A DNA stretch of 64,000 nt, from positions 38,130,001-38,194,000 of the forward strand of contig OZ296650.1 of the NCBI GenBank assembly GCA_965655095.1. The letters are read 5' to 3'. The DNA is from Haplodiscus bocki. Taxonomy: Eukaryota. Every line of letters starts with the position of its first letter. Positions within the stretch are counted from its first letter, which is position 1. Below are positions 1 to 13,853 of this stretch, in pieces. The translations under genes and the position numbers were made by a program. The notes beneath the pieces are model-generated. The model was not told where the DNA came from, ran no database searches, and was given only the letters and a program-made list of their open reading frames with translations.

Positions 1-493
1 CATCAATTAGCGAATCAACAACCCAATCACGTGGAAACAACTCTTCGGCCATTTTCACAACCTCTGAAAGCAACTTTTCATCTGGGCTATCAATGGTCAG
101 TTTAGTTTTGTAGTAATTCGATGTAAAATTTGGATACGATCCAAGTTTTAAATCCCTTTCTTCGAAGTGTTTGAACATTTGGTTGATCTGATCTGCAATT
201 TGAAGTTCGGATTTTGTGAGGTATAAGAACTTGGAATATCTTGAAGGACAATGTTCAGGAGCGGCAATAGTTTTTACTGCATGAATGGATTTTTTAAATA
301 TTTCCGGTACTCCTGGTAAGACAAAAACGTTGTTGACCTTGACTACGGGGTATTTTCCGAGGTAAACGAGCTTTGAGGTAGTAGGGATAATGGCCAGACG
401 GTAATGCGATTCTGTCATGTGAGATTTTCCTCCAAAGTAGCTTTCCACTATCTTGGCAACTTCTTCATTTAGTTCAACGTCATCACCAAATGC
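1..493 (-). CDS. FLAD1: FAD synthase (FLAD1-like) next coding exon, running off the left edge of the window
   Basis: Not in the ORF track. After acceptor CCTTTTTGTTTAG (AG at 495-494) it reads open for 164 codons: AFGDDVELNEEVAKIVESYFGG...KYPVVKVNNVFVLPGVPEIF...LYLTKSELQIADQI...LKLGSYPNFTSNYYKTKLTIDSPDE. This parallels my recollection of animal FLAD1 (AFGDEL...FPLVSVRNVYLFPGIPE...[20 protein letters not shown]). The PAPS-reductase-like domain is expected beyond the window. Confidence 0.93.
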
Positions 494-1929
494 CTAAACA
501 AAAAGGTGAAGTTAGGGGTCAAATTACGATTACACCCAATTTAACCCAAAGTTGGAGTTTTAGTTCGCCTCATTTTGGGTAGAGCTCGGCTATCAATGGA
601 AACTGATAAAAACCGAGCAAGGAGTTCCTTTTCAAGTTTGGATAAAAAGGACTATAGATTGACACAGAGGCGAAGCGAAGGCTTCGCAACACATGCTGAC
701 CAGAAAAACCGAACTTCCAAAGACACGAATTTTGGAAAACGTTTGGAATACCGGAGACCCTGAAAGTTATTTGATATCACGACGACGGACGTAATTGATA
801 CTTTAGAATTACAACAGCAACTGTCAATCAAGCGTTTCTTCGAAAAAAAACTATAATAATAGGTGGCCCATGCAAAACAAGGATACAGGTTTTGAATTTG
901 CAGTGCTAAAAATTGCTGACATTTGTAAATATACTTTGGAAAGTTCTTGCCTTGCTTGTCAATCATCCAGAATTATGAAACTTGTTCAAAAAGTAAAATG
1001 AAAAGTGCAACACTTTGGTGAAATAAGTCAATACAACTTTCATTATCTGAAACTAAAATGGTGATGTCACTTTCACACTTCTGTAAGATCTGAGCTGTCA
1101 ATGATGATGATTGACAGGCAAGATGTCAGACTCGAAAGAAATTTTATCGCTTTGTCTAATAATATCAACTTTTTGGTCACGTGTAGAGAATACCCGAAGT
1201 ACCTGCCACACTGTCTTATACTCAAAAACTTGACCCGTTAATCATGCCCTTTTCAGTCGTGCCTTTTTACAGTCTAATGCTTAACAGACGCGCACATTTT
1301 AACGCGCAAAAACAACAAGTACCTGCCAAAAGTCTTGAAAAAGGTCATTTTTGACCGACCGTCTACAACAGACCCCTACCCTATGATGACGTCAGAGAAC
1401 TCAAGTTTTGAACGAGAATAAAACTCGTAACCCGTATTAGTACAATTTCTGAAATTTCATTTCAGCATGTGTAAAAAAAACTTAAATCAAGTACGGGCAG
1501 TACTTCGAACTACTGCTGGAAAAACTTAATCAGCAACTGATCGTTTCTTTTGTTTTCTCTTCAATAAGAACTCCGTCAATTTTCACGGAAACGAAGCAAA
1601 TCGAAATGTTTGTGGCAATTTGTGGGACGAAAATATAAATCCATTGAGTAGCTTCACAAAAAGCTTGTCGATCATGTATGGCCTCCTTGCGGCACAAGTG
1701 GGCAGGCACGAGATTTCTCAGTGCGGCAAACAATACACGACAGGGACGAGAGAAAGGGGGCAGGATCTGCAGGCAACTTCAGGGACAGCAATAATCTTAT
1801 CACGACGGCGTGGCAAAAGTCCAGCTATCTCGAGCACCTCAGCAACTGTACGGCAAGAGGATAGAAGATCGAGGAACGATGACTTCCCCGACTTGGGATC
1901 ATACTGACCGAGGAGCGAACAGTATGAGG

Positions 1930-2132
1930 GGTAACCCATAGATAGCAAAAAGCCCTCGAACATTATCGAAAAAAACAAAGGCCGAAAACACACAAAAAAT
2001 TAATGGAAAACACTTATACGGGAAATGGGTAAGAACTGGAAAGAATTACATGATACAGCTCAAGACCAAGACAAGTGGAAAATAATGACAGGCCAAACGC
2101 ATGGCCCACATAACCACTTGAGAACAACATAG
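1930..2132 (+). mobile_element. 3'-terminal fragment of an RTE-type non-LTR retrotransposon ORF
   Basis: Reads ...KGRKHTKN*WKT / LIREMGKNWKELHDTAQDQDKWKIMTG..., resembling the RTE C-terminal GRP..W.....W.EL...AQDR..WR signature. Boundaries approximate. Confidence 0.55.
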
Positions 2133-2399
2133 GCGCTAAAGTGCTTAGCGAAAGGCTTGCAAACATACTCAAGCACCTAAATATGTCACTAACCAGGCGT
2201 TCAAGAGGTACCAGAAAGCATGCGGCAATACCCGGAGAGATAAGAAATCCGTTGACACTCCGCCGAAAAAAGACAAAAACTTCGGCAAAAAAGAAGACGA
2301 ACTAATTCTTGCGTAGCTAAAGAACAATGCGTAGCTAGAAAACAGTTGGTTCTATAAACTGCAAAAATTACGTAATAAAGTTCAATTCTTCGCGTTCAA

Positions 2400-3290
2400 C
2401 GAACAATAGCTACACATGAGAACATTATTGCTCTTCATTTCAATGATACAAATTCTGTTCGATCCTTATTTTTGGAATTATTTCAAACAATTAATGAACA
2501 AAAAAGGGAAAATATTCTCTTGCGTGATAATTACGAGCAACTTGAAAACGCAACAGACGACATGGTGAAGAGAGTGACCAAATTGTAACGGTATTCTTCT
2601 TACATGTGCTCAACTTTTCATGCAGTTCGTCATAGTGGTGAGTACCCGGAACGTAAAATAGTGAAAATTATCAGGTCAGTACAAAATCCAATTGAACCCT
2701 ACGACATTGTTGCTTGCCCTTACTACCAGGTAACGGCAAAACTAAGCCCATTATCGTGAAATTTTTAAGCAACCATCAACACGATAATAACTGGCAACAA
2801 CAGAATTTATTCTTTGATCCACAAAACAGGGAAAAACTCATATCAAGGAAAGATTGACCGAAACTGATCGAGATCTTCACAAATATTGTAGGAAAAAAGG
2901 ATCTGGTAACAGCTACCCACAAAAATCAAGTACGTGTAAATATATCTAGAAATGATAAATGGTTACCTGTCGATACTCGGAAGGTAGCTGATCTCAATGC
3001 AAACTAACGGTATATTGACCAGCCATATCAATGACTGGGATATGGGACGCCCGCCCAGTATAACAACTAAAGATGAGAAAACACCATATAAAAGAAATCG
3101 TCCAGAAGCTTTCAATTCTCCAACCAATGAAGTACAAAACGAAGTATCGAACCAAAATTACAAGTCGGACAAGCTCTGCTCTCTTATTGAGAAACTGTTC
3201 AGGTTAATGGTTGAAAACAATCTCTGCCGTCTAAAAAATGTAAACGAGGATGAAGGCAAAAATGACATGCAATCCAAGCAGTAAGGGAAC
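2400..3290 (+). pseudogene. LINE ORF1 remnant (coiled coil + RRM-like region); the part upstream of 3123 is present only in copy 1
   Basis: Conceptual translation across stops/frameshifts: ...ENILLRDNYEQLENATDDMVKRVTKL*RYSS...IEPYDIVAC(x)PLPGNGKTKPIIVKFL...HIKERLTETDRDL..., typical of CR1/L2-group ORF1 (LExYS, DIxxCHxL, PIIVKF, IxExLT). Confidence 0.7.
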
Positions 3291-6223
3291 AAAACGAGTG
3301 GCAGAATCATGAGAAAAAAACACGCCAAAGTTAAGCTCAAAATATAAAAATTGTGCTAGGCTTGAAGATACAGTCCCTAGATTCGATCATACAGAATTAA
3401 TATTACCTCTTGAAACTCTCCTGAAAAAACCTGAAGCCATAATGCTAACTGAAACATGGCGTACTGAAAACGATCCATCAACAAAACTAGATATCAACGG
3501 TTATCAGCACATTAAATCAAACACAAGATAAGGTATGAAGCGAAAATCAGGTGGTGTAGCATTCTATTTTAAGGGAGGCATAGAGTACTACACAATAATA
3601 GAATTCGAGACAAACATTGAGTGCTCAATTTGTCGAGCGGTACTGGAAAATAAAGTCACAAAAAAGTTTCTGCGTAATCTAGAGACCTCACTAATTAAAA
3701 CTGAAATCAAATTTTTGTAAAAGTGGAACACTTACGGCATTTTCTGAATTCTTTGAATGAAGCCTGATTTTTGGTGAATTTACAAGAGACACTTTCAAAA
3801 ATGAAAACAACCATATAAGAGTATGATAACTTATTGGGGGCATGGTTTCGAAATGAAAAATTTCTTACCAAGAAGAGTAACCCCAACATCAAAGAAATGT
3901 ATTGATTATATGACTGCAACTGAAGAACACAGAATAGAAACTCTGGAAATAACCAAAAGTGACCATTCTGCCCTGACTGCTGAACTAACGTTCACGTTGA
4001 AAAGGTGCAAACTATTGCACCTGTTAAAAAACGCGATTCCTAAATAATCCTAAAGGAAAAAAGAATTAAACCTTTTAGCTGGAACAACAATTGGAAATTA
4101 TGATGACGTGAATGCTGATTCGTATATGGCTGCACTGTCGAAAACTATTATAAACTGTGTGGACAAATAAGCTCCGCAGAAATGTTTAGCATTTTCTGTG
4201 AAACACATACTGCAAGTTAGATAACCAATAAGATAAAGAATGCCATTGTAAGAGATTGCCTGTTTAAACAATGGATGGGAAACCCTGATGAAGCGAATAG
4301 ATTGTTAAATAAAGTCTCGTAATATTGTGACAACAATGATTCGATAAGAAAAAGAAGCGAATACAATTTTCGTAAGCTCCGCAAAAATCCAACCCCGAAA
4401 CAGATCTACGAAACATTAAAAAACTAACAACTCACAAAATGACGACTTGAAACAATTACCGGACCTTGAAAAACTTGACAATTTTTTTCGTATATGTAGG
4501 CCCAACAGTGGCGAACAAGATCAAAAGTTGGCCCAATGTATGGAAAATTGAAAAACTGCAGTTTTCAATGGTACTGCAACCAACAAGCGAACAAAAAAAT
4601 TGCAAAAATTCAGGTCAAATGAAAAACAAAAAAGTGCTGGCTACATTGGAATCTCAAACGAAATCCTAAAATATTGTTCCCTAATTGTCGAACAAAATCT
4701 TTCAAAAATCATTAACAAATGCATCTTAAGAAATATTCCCTGACTGCTTGAAAGAAACTAAAGTATTGCCGTTACATAGAAGAAGCGATAAAAATCAACC
4801 TGGTAATAACAGACGGATCGGTAAACTGAGTCCATTGAGTAATGTTTTCGAAAAAGTTCTTTTGAAGCGAATGATAAAGTCTTGCGACAAACATGAAATA
4901 ATTTCAAGCATCCAGTCCGATTTAAGACCTAAAGCATCTTGCATCCATAATTGCAACTGTAAGAGTATATCAGAATTGAAATTGACAACAAAATCAACAG
5001 GTCAAGCGTGCTTCATTGATCTTATTAAGGCTTTTGATACGATTAACTATAAGATCTCACCAAAAAAAAGTTAGAAGCTTACGGCTTCAGAGGTAAATTT
5101 ATGAAACTTTTCGAAAATTACCTCCAAAACCGATTACAATATATCAACATTATTGATAAGTCATCGATTGAAAAAGCTATTGAATGTGGTATACCTCAAG
5201 GGTCAGTATTCGGATCTTCTCTATTCCTTTAATACAAATATGATCTTAGTACTACTCGCTCTGAAAGCAAAGTAACGTTGTTGGTAGATGACACTACGGT
5301 TATCAATGCTGGTAAAAGAATCGACTCCGTAGTCGGCAAGGACATTAAAAAATGACCATGTGGTTTGGCAAAAGCAAATTGACTTTCAATGCTGATAAAT
5401 GTGAAGCCATTCACTTCGGTAGAAGCCGACCCGCAACTATAGTAATGAAATATCAATAACTGGATTACAAACCAACTTGCAAAAATGCTGGACTTCACAT
5501 TGATCAAATACCTAGCATTCAGAGATCACAAAGACCACGTTGTAAAAAACAACAACAAGTTTTGCGGTTTATTTATCATGTGCGATATTTGTATCCGAGA
5601 AAGTGACCATTTATGTTTTATAATTCGTTTGCAAAATCGATAATGACGTATGACATCGATAATGACGTATGGTCTACTTATTTACGGAAAATCAGCGAAT
5701 TCAAACTTAGCAAACATCGACAATGTTCAGAGACGAAGTCTTCGTGCTATATTCTTCAAAAATACTATTCAATGCAGCAAATGATGTTCCGAAACAAAAT
5801 TAACACGATGGATGAGTTGTTCATCTAGGAGGTTGTACATAAAGTTTTCGGAGAACTCAGATTAGAGTCGCCATTGATATTGTTGAATTTTGAAGAAAAA
5901 TTAATGTTTTAGTGAGAAACAAGGTGGAACTCGAAGGGCTCTTCCCGCCAATTATTGCGAGAACTATGAAGAAAAAATAGTTTTCGGCAAACTCTTTGAT
6001 GAAGCCTATAATTGGCTGAAAGAGTTAAACCTCACTTCTTCCCTAATAAAAAGGATGACTGTACGACAGTTAAAAAACACCAGAATCTAATCTTATGATT
6101 TAAACATGGTTGACATTGAGGATCTGTTTTGCTTATATTACCAGAAAATTCTATTTCTCGAGACAGTCTGATGTGCTTTTTTAATATTTTGATACTGAGC
6201 AATGTTTGGCTAATTTACTTCCA

Positions 6224-6265
6224 GGGGCGCAGGCATTAAGAGCAATTATGCTCACTTTGCGTCCT
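6224..6265 (+). other. LINE 3'-UTR stem-loop (repeated in all 13 units)
   Basis: GGGGCGCA pairs with TGCGTCCT (two G-U pairs) and encloses a GAGCA-ATTA-TGCTC hairpin, ~65 nt upstream of the CTATTT x2 tail. Confidence 0.6.
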
Positions 6266-6881
6266 AATTGGGTGTGATTTGATAAAATCTCCGAAAAGAT
6301 TGGTTATGTATCTATACCCCACCGGATTAACTATTTCTATTTCTTCTTGCTTCACTGACTAAATGACATTGGCAGAGCATACAAATAGCATGAGTAATGA
6401 TAACTGGGATAAAGTACGATTTTCCCTCTAAAAGCACCATGTTTTTCAGCCATTGCAGCCTGTTTTCCGAAGGCCAGAACTTTTTGACTGTCAAAAAGAA
6501 AAGTTCAGCAGGGCTAATAACAACCTCGGGCAAAATATTTACAATTAAAATAGTTCCAATGGACCAATAAGTGAGGTAAGTGTCCCAATGTTAATGAAAG
6601 CAGAGGCGATTCACGAAAAGGAGTGGCTTTAACGTTTTCGTAACTTTTCCGACGAGACAGTTTTCGCAATAAACAAACCCCTTACCTATGCTTATGCTTC
6701 ACATTGGCAAACATACCACAGCACTTGAAAAAAGTTAGAAGTGCCATCGGAAAAGATTCACTTTACTTCAGAGAAAAACAAAAGGGCGCGAGAAATTGAG
6801 TATACAAGAAAAAGGCGTATCACCAGTAGTGTCAAAAAACTTCGCGTTTTTATCAAATTCAGCAGAAGTATAGATTTGTAT

Positions 6882-9800
6882 ACAAATGAAGTACAAAACG
6901 AAGTATCGAACCAAAATTACAAGTTGGACAAGCTCTGCTCTCTTATTGAGAAACTGTTCACGTTAATGGTTGAGAACAATCTCCTCCGTCCAAAAATACG
7001 TAAATGAGGAGAACGCAAAAATGACTTATGCAATCCAAGCAGTGAAAGAACAAAACGAGTGGCAGAATCATGAGAAAAAAACATGCCAAAATTAAGCTCA
7101 AAATAAATATAGTGTGCTAGGCTTGAAAATACAGTCCTTGAGATTCGATCATACAGAATTATTATTGCCTCTTAAAACTCTCCTGAATAAACCTGAAGCC
7201 ATAATGGTAACTGAATCATGGCGTACTGAAAATGATCCAATAACAAAACTAGATATCAACGGTTATCAGCACATCAAATCAAACACAAGATAAGGTATGA
7301 AGCGAAGATCAGGTGGTGTAGCATTGTATTTTAAGGGAGGCATAGAGTACTACACAATAATAGAAATCGAGACAAACATTGAGTGCTCAATTTGTCGAGC
7401 GGTACTGGAAAATAAAGTCACAAAAAAGTTTCTGCGTAATCTAGAGACCTCAATAATTGAAACTGAATTCAAATTTTTGTAAAAGTGGAAAACTTACGGC
7501 ATTTTTTTGAGATCTTTGAATGAAGTCTGATTTTTGGTGAATTTAACAAAGACACTTTCAAAAATGAAAACAACCATATAAGAGTATGATAACTTATTGG
7601 GGGCATGGTTTCGAAATAAAAAATTTCTTACCACGAAGAGTAACCCCAACATAAAAGAAATGTATTGATTATATGACTGCAACTGAAGAACACAGAATAG
7701 AAACTCAGGAAATAACCAAAAGTGACCATTTTGCCCTGACTGCTGAACTTACGTTCACGTTGAAAAAGTGCAAACCAACTGCACCTGTTAAAAAACGCGA
7801 TTCCTAAATAATCCTAAAGGAAAAAAAGCATTAAACCTTTTAGCTGGAACAACAAATGGAAATTATGATGACGTGAATGCTGATTCGTATATGGCTGCAC
7901 TGTCGAAAACTATTATAAACTATTTGCACAAATAAGCTGCGGAGAAATGTTTAGCACTTTCTGTAAAACACATACTGCAAGTTGGATAACCAATAAAAGA
8001 AAGAATGCCATTGTAAGAGATTGCCTGTTTAAACAATGGATGGGAAACCCTGATGAAGCGAATAGATTGTTATATAAAGTCTCGTAATATTGTGACAACA
8101 ATGATTCGATAAGAAAAAGAAGCGAATACAATTTTCGTAAGCTCCGCAAAAATCCAACCCCGAAACTGATCTACGAAACATTAAAAAACTAACAACTCAC
8201 AAAATGACGACTTGAAACAATTACCGGACCTTGAAAAACTTGACAATTTTTTTCGTATATGTAGGCCCAACATTGGCTCACAAGATCAAAAGTTGGCCCA
8301 ATGTATGGCAAATTGAAAAACTGCAGTTTTCAATGCTACTGCAACCAACACGCGAACAAAAAAATTGCAAAAATTCAGGTCAAATGAAAAACAAAAAAGT
8401 GCTGGCTACATTGGAATCTCAAACGAAATCCTAAAATGCTGTTCCCCAATTGTCGAACGAAATCTTTCAAAAGTCATTAACAAATGCATCTTAGGAAATA
8501 TTCCCTGACTGCTTGAAAGAAACTAAAGTATTGCCGTTACATAGAAGAAGCGATAAAAATCAACCTGGTAATTACAGACGGATCGGTTAACTGAGTCCAT
8601 TGAGTAAAGTTTTCGAAAAAGTTCTTTTGAAGCGAATGATAAAGTCTTGCGACAAACATGAAATAATTTCAAGCATCCAGTCCGATTTCAGACCTAAAAC
8701 ATCTTGCATCCATAATTGCAACTGTAAGAGTATATCAGAATTGAAATTGACAACAAAATCAACAGGTCAAGCGTGCTTCATTGATCTTATTAAGGCATTT
8801 GATTCGATTAACTATAAGATCTCACCATAAAAAATTAGAAGCTTACGGCTTCAGAGGTAAATTTATGAAACTTTTCGAAAAATACCTCCAAAACCGATTA
8901 CAATATATCAACATTATTGATAAGTCATCGATTGAAAAAGCTATTGAATGTGGTATACCTCAAGGGTCAGTATTCGGATCTTTTCTATTACTTTAATACA
9001 TAAATGATCTTAGTACTACTCGCTCTGAAAGCAAAGTAACGTTGTTGGTAGATGACAATACGGTTATCAATGCTGGTAAAAGAATCGACTCCGTAGTCCG
9101 CAAGGACATTAAAAATGACCATGTGGTTTGGCAAGAACAAATTGACTTTCAATGCTGATAAATGTGAAGCCATTCACTTCGGTAGAAGCCGACCCGCAAC
9201 TATAGTAATGAAATATCAATAACTGGATTACAAACCAACTTGCAAATATGCTGGACTTCACATTGATCAAGGACCTAGCATTCAGAGATCACAAAGACCA
9301 CGTTGTAAAAAACAACAACAAGTTTTGCGGTTTATTTATCATGTGCGACATTTGTATCCCAGAAAGTGCCTATTTATGTTTTATAATTCGTTTGCAGAAT
9401 CGATAATGACGTATGAAATCGATAATGACGTATGGTCTACTTATTTACGGAAAATCAGCGAATTCAAACTTAGCAAACATCGATAATGTTCAGAGACGAA
9501 GTCTTCGTGCTATATTCTTAAAAAAAATACTATTCAATGCAGCAAATGATGTTCCGAACAAAATTAACATGATGGATGAGTTGTTCATCTAGGAGGTTGT
9601 ACATAAAGTTTTCGGAGAACTCAGATTAGAGTCGCCATTGATATTGTTGAATTTTGAAGAAAAATTAATGTTTTAGTGAGAAACAAGGTGGAACTCGAAG
9701 GGCTCTTCCCGCCAATTATTGCGAGAACTATGAAGAAAAAATAGTTTTCGGCAAACTCTTTGATGAAGCCTATAATTGGCTGAAAGAGTTAAACCTCACT

Positions 9801-10106
9801 TCTTCCCTAATAAAAAGGATGACTGTACGACAGTTAAAAAACACCAGAATCTAATCTTATGATTTAAACATGGTTGACATTGAGGATCTGTTTTGCTTAT
9901 ATTACCAGAAAATTCTATTTCTCGAGACAGTCTGATGTGCTTTTTTAGTATTTTGATACTGAGCAATGTTTGGCTAATTTAATTCCAGGGGCGCAGGCAT
10001 TAAGAGCAATTATGCTCACTTTGCGTCCTAATTGGGTGTGATTTGATAAAATCTCCGAAAAGATTGGTTATGTATCTATACCCCACCGGATTAACTATTT
10101 CTATTT
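6882..10106 (+). mobile_element. Array unit 2: 5'-truncated dead LINE (APE+RT)
   Basis: Near-identical to 3123-6342; followed by the shared 3' flank. Confidence 0.88.
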
Positions 10107-10646
10107 CTTGTTGCTTCACTGACTAGATGACATTGGCAGAGCATACAAATAGCATGAGTAATGATAACTGGGATAAAGTACGATTTTCCCTCTAAAAGTA
10201 CCATGTTTTTCAGCCATTGCAGCCTGTTTTCCGAAGGCCAGAACTTTTTGACTGTCAAAAAGAAACGTTCAGCAGGGCTAATAACAACCTCGGGCAAAAT
10301 ATTTACAATTAAAATAGTTCCAATGGACCAATAAGTGAGGTAAGTGTCCCAATGTCAATGAAAGCAGAGGCGATTCACGAAAAGGAGTGGTTTTAACGTT
10401 TTCGTAACTTTTCCGACGAGACAGTTTTCGCAATAAACACACCCCTTACCAATGCTTGTGCTTCACATTGGCAAACATACCACAGCACTTGAAAAAAGTT
10501 AGAAGTGCCAACGGAAAAGATTCACTTTACTTCAGAGAAGAACAAAAGGGCGAGAAAAATTGAGTATACCAGAGAAAGGCGTATCACCAGTAGTGTCAAA
10601 AAACTTCGCGTTTTTATCAAAATCAACAGGAAGTATAGATTTGTAT

Positions 10647-13600
10647 ACAAATGAAGTACAAAACGAAGTATCGTACCAAAATTACAAGTTGGACAAGCTC
10701 TGCTCTCTTATTGAGAAACTGTTCACGTTAATGGTTGAGAACAATCTCCGCCGTCCAAAAATACGTAAATGAGGAGAACGCAAAGATGACTTATGCAATC
10801 CAAGCAGTGAAAGAACAAAACGAGTGGCAGAATCATGAGAAAAAACATGCCAAAGTTAAGCTCAAAATAAATGTAGTGCGCTAGGCTTGAATATGCAGTC
10901 CTTGAGATTCGATCATACAGAATTATTATTGCCTCTTAAAATTCTCCTGAATAAACCTGAAGCCATAATGGTAACTGAATCATGGCGTACTGAAAATGAT
11001 CCAATAACAAAACTAGATATCAACGGTTATCAGCACATCAAATCAAACACAAGATAAGGTATGAAGCGAAGATCAGGTGGTGTAGCATTCTATTTTAAGG
11101 GAGGCATAAAGTACTACACAATAATAGAATTCGAGACAAACATTGAGTGCTCAATTTGTCGAGCGGTACTGGAAAATAAAGTCACAAAAAAGTTTCTGGA
11201 TAATCTAGAGACCTCACTAATTGAAACTGAAATCAAATTTTTGTAAAAGTGGAACACTTACGGCATTTTTTGAATTCGTTGAATGAAGCCTGATTTTTGG
11301 TGAATTTACAAGAGACACTTTCAAAAATGAAAAAAACCATATAAGAGTATGATAACTTATTGGGGGCATGGTTTCGAAATGAAAAATTTCTTACCAAGAA
11401 GAGTAACCAACATCAAAGAAATGTATTGATTCTATGACTGCAACTGAAGAACACAGAATAGAAACTCTGGAAATAACCAAAACTGACCATTTTGCCCTGA
11501 CTGCTGAACTAACGTTCACGTTGAAAAAGTGCAAACCAAGTGCACCTGTTAAAAAACGCGATTCCTAAATAATCCTAAAGGAAAAAAGAATTAAGCCTTT
11601 TAGCTGGAACAACAAATGGAAATTGACGTGAATGCTGATTCGTATATGGCTGCACTGTCGAAAACTATTATAAATTGTGTGGACAAATAAGCTCCGGAGA
11701 AATATTATCACTTTCTGTAAAACACATACTGCAAGTTGGATAACCAATAAAATAAAGAATGCCATTGTAAGAGATTGCCTGTTTAAACAATGGATGGGAA
11801 ACCCTGATGAAGCGAATAGATTGTTATATAAAGTCTCGTAATATTGTGACAACAATGATTCGATAAAAGAAGCGAATACAATTTTCGTAAGCTCCGCAAA
11901 AATCCAACCCCGAAACAGATCTACGAAACATTAAAAAACTAACAACTCACAAAATGACGACTTGAAACAATTACAGGACCTTGAAAAACTTGACAATTTT
12001 TTTCGTATATGTAGGCCCAACATTGGCGAACAAGATCAAAAGTTGGCCCAATGTATGGAAAATTGAAAAACTGCAGTTTTCAATGGTACTGTAACCAACA
12101 AGCCAACAAAAAAATTGCAAAATTTCAGGTCAAATGAAAAACAAAAAAGTGCTGGCTACATTGGAATCTCAAACGAAATCCTAAAATGTTGTTCCCCAAT
12201 TGTCGAACAAAATCTTTCAAAAGTCATTAACAAATGCATCTTAGGAAATATTCCCTGACTGCTTGAAAGAAACTAAAGTACTGCCGTTACATAGAAGAAG
12301 CGATAAAAATCAACCTGGTAATTACAGACGGATCGGTTAACTGAGTCCATTGAGTAAAGTTTTCGAAAAAGTTTTATTGAAGCGAATGATAAAGTCTTGC
12401 GACAAACATGAAATAATTTCAAGCATCCAGTCCGATTTCAGACCTAAAACATCTTGCATCCATAATTGCAACTGTAAGAGTATATCAGAATTGAAATTGA
12501 CAACAAAATCAACAGGTCAAGCATGCTTCATTGATCTTATTAAGGCATTTGATACGATTAACTATAAGATCTCACCAAAGAAAATTAGAAGCTTACGTCT
12601 TCAGAGGTAAATGAAACTTTTCGAAAATTACTTCCAAAACCGATTACAATATATCAACATTATTGATAAGTCATCGAGTGAAAAAGCTATTGAATGTGGT
12701 CTACCTCAAGGGTCAGTATTCGGATCTTTTCTATTCCTTTAATACATAAATGATCTTAGTACTACTCGCTCTGAAAGCAAAGTAACGTTGTTGGTAGATG
12801 ACACTACGGTTATCAATGCTGGTAAAAGAATCGACTCCGTAGTCGGCAAGGACATTAAAAAATGACCATGTGGTTTGGCAAAAGCAAATTGACTTTCAAT
12901 GCTGATAAATGTGAAGCCATTCACTTCGGTAGAAGCCGACCCGAAACTATAGTAATGAAATATCAATAACTGGATTACAAATCAACTTGCAAATATGCTG
13001 AACTTCACATTGATGAAATACCTAGCATTCAGAGACCACATAGACCACGTTGTAAAAAAACAACAAATTTTGCGGTTTATTTATCATGTGCGACATTTGT
13101 ATCCGAGAAAGTGCCTATTTATGTTTTATATTTCGTTTGCAGAATCGATAATGACGTATGAAATCGATAATGACGTATGGTCTACTTATTTACGGAAAAT
13201 CAGCGAATTCAAACTTAGCAAACATCGATAATGTTCAGAGACGAAGTCTTCGTGCTATACTCTTCAAAAAAAATACTATTCAATGCAGCAAATGATGTTC
13301 CGAAACAAAATTAACACGATGGATGAGTTGTTCATCTAGGAGGTTGTACATAAAGTTTTCGGAGAACTCAGATTAGAGTCGCCATTGATATTGTTGAATT
13401 TTGAAGAAAAATTAATGTTTTAGTGAGAAACAAGGTGGAACTCGAAGGGCTCTTCCCGCCAATTATTGCGAGAACTATGAAGAAAAAATAGTTTTCGGCA
13501 AACTCTTTGATGAAGCCTATAATTGGCTGAAAGAGTTAAACCTCACTTCTTCCCTAATAAAAAGGATGACTGTACGACAGTTAAAAAACACCAGAATCTA

Positions 13601-13853
13601 ATCTTATGATTTAAACATGGTTGACATTGAGGATCTGTTTTGCTTATATTACCAGAAAATTCTATTTCTCGAGACAGTCTGATGTGCTTTTACAATATTT
13701 TGATACTGAGCAATGTTTGGCTAATTTACTTCCAGGGGCGCAGGCATTAAGAGCAATTATGCTCACTTTGCGTCCTAATTGGGTGTGATTTGATAAAATC
13801 TCCGAAAAGATTGGTTATGTATCTATACCCCACCGGATTAACTATTTCTATTT
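10647..13853 (+). mobile_element. Array unit 3: 5'-truncated dead LINE
   Basis: Same motifs; short variant with several small deletions shared with unit 7. Confidence 0.88.

Larger units (their letters stand above)
2230..6342 (+). mobile_element. Near full-length, decayed CR1/L2-group LINE (ORF1 + APE endonuclease + RT + 3' UTR); founder and copy 1 of the array
   Basis: ORF1 remnant ~2400-3290. APE motifs ~3350-3975 (IMLTETW, SGGVAFY, RVTPTSKKCIDY, SDH). RT motifs ~4750-5420 (ACFIDLIKAFDTIN, GIPQGSV, LLVDDTT for the FADD motif). 3' stem-loop and CTATTTCTATTT tail. Many stops and frameshifts; 5' boundary approximate and no TSD found. Confidence 0.88.

Noticed and set aside
1095-1117. Hairpin CTGTCAAT-GATGATG-ATTGACAG as a Helitron end or terminator
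   Set aside because: No CTRR terminus nearby, and an 8-bp stem is expected by chance in 64 kb.
1195-1507. Possible MITE with CGAAGTAC(C)TGCC inverted ends
   Set aside because: Only ~12 bp of imperfect match, no TSD, single occurrence; would need genome-wide copies to support it.
6670-6700. Recursive splice site (minus-strand CATAG|GTAAG)
   Set aside because: Present only in unit 1 and lacks an upstream polypyrimidine tract.
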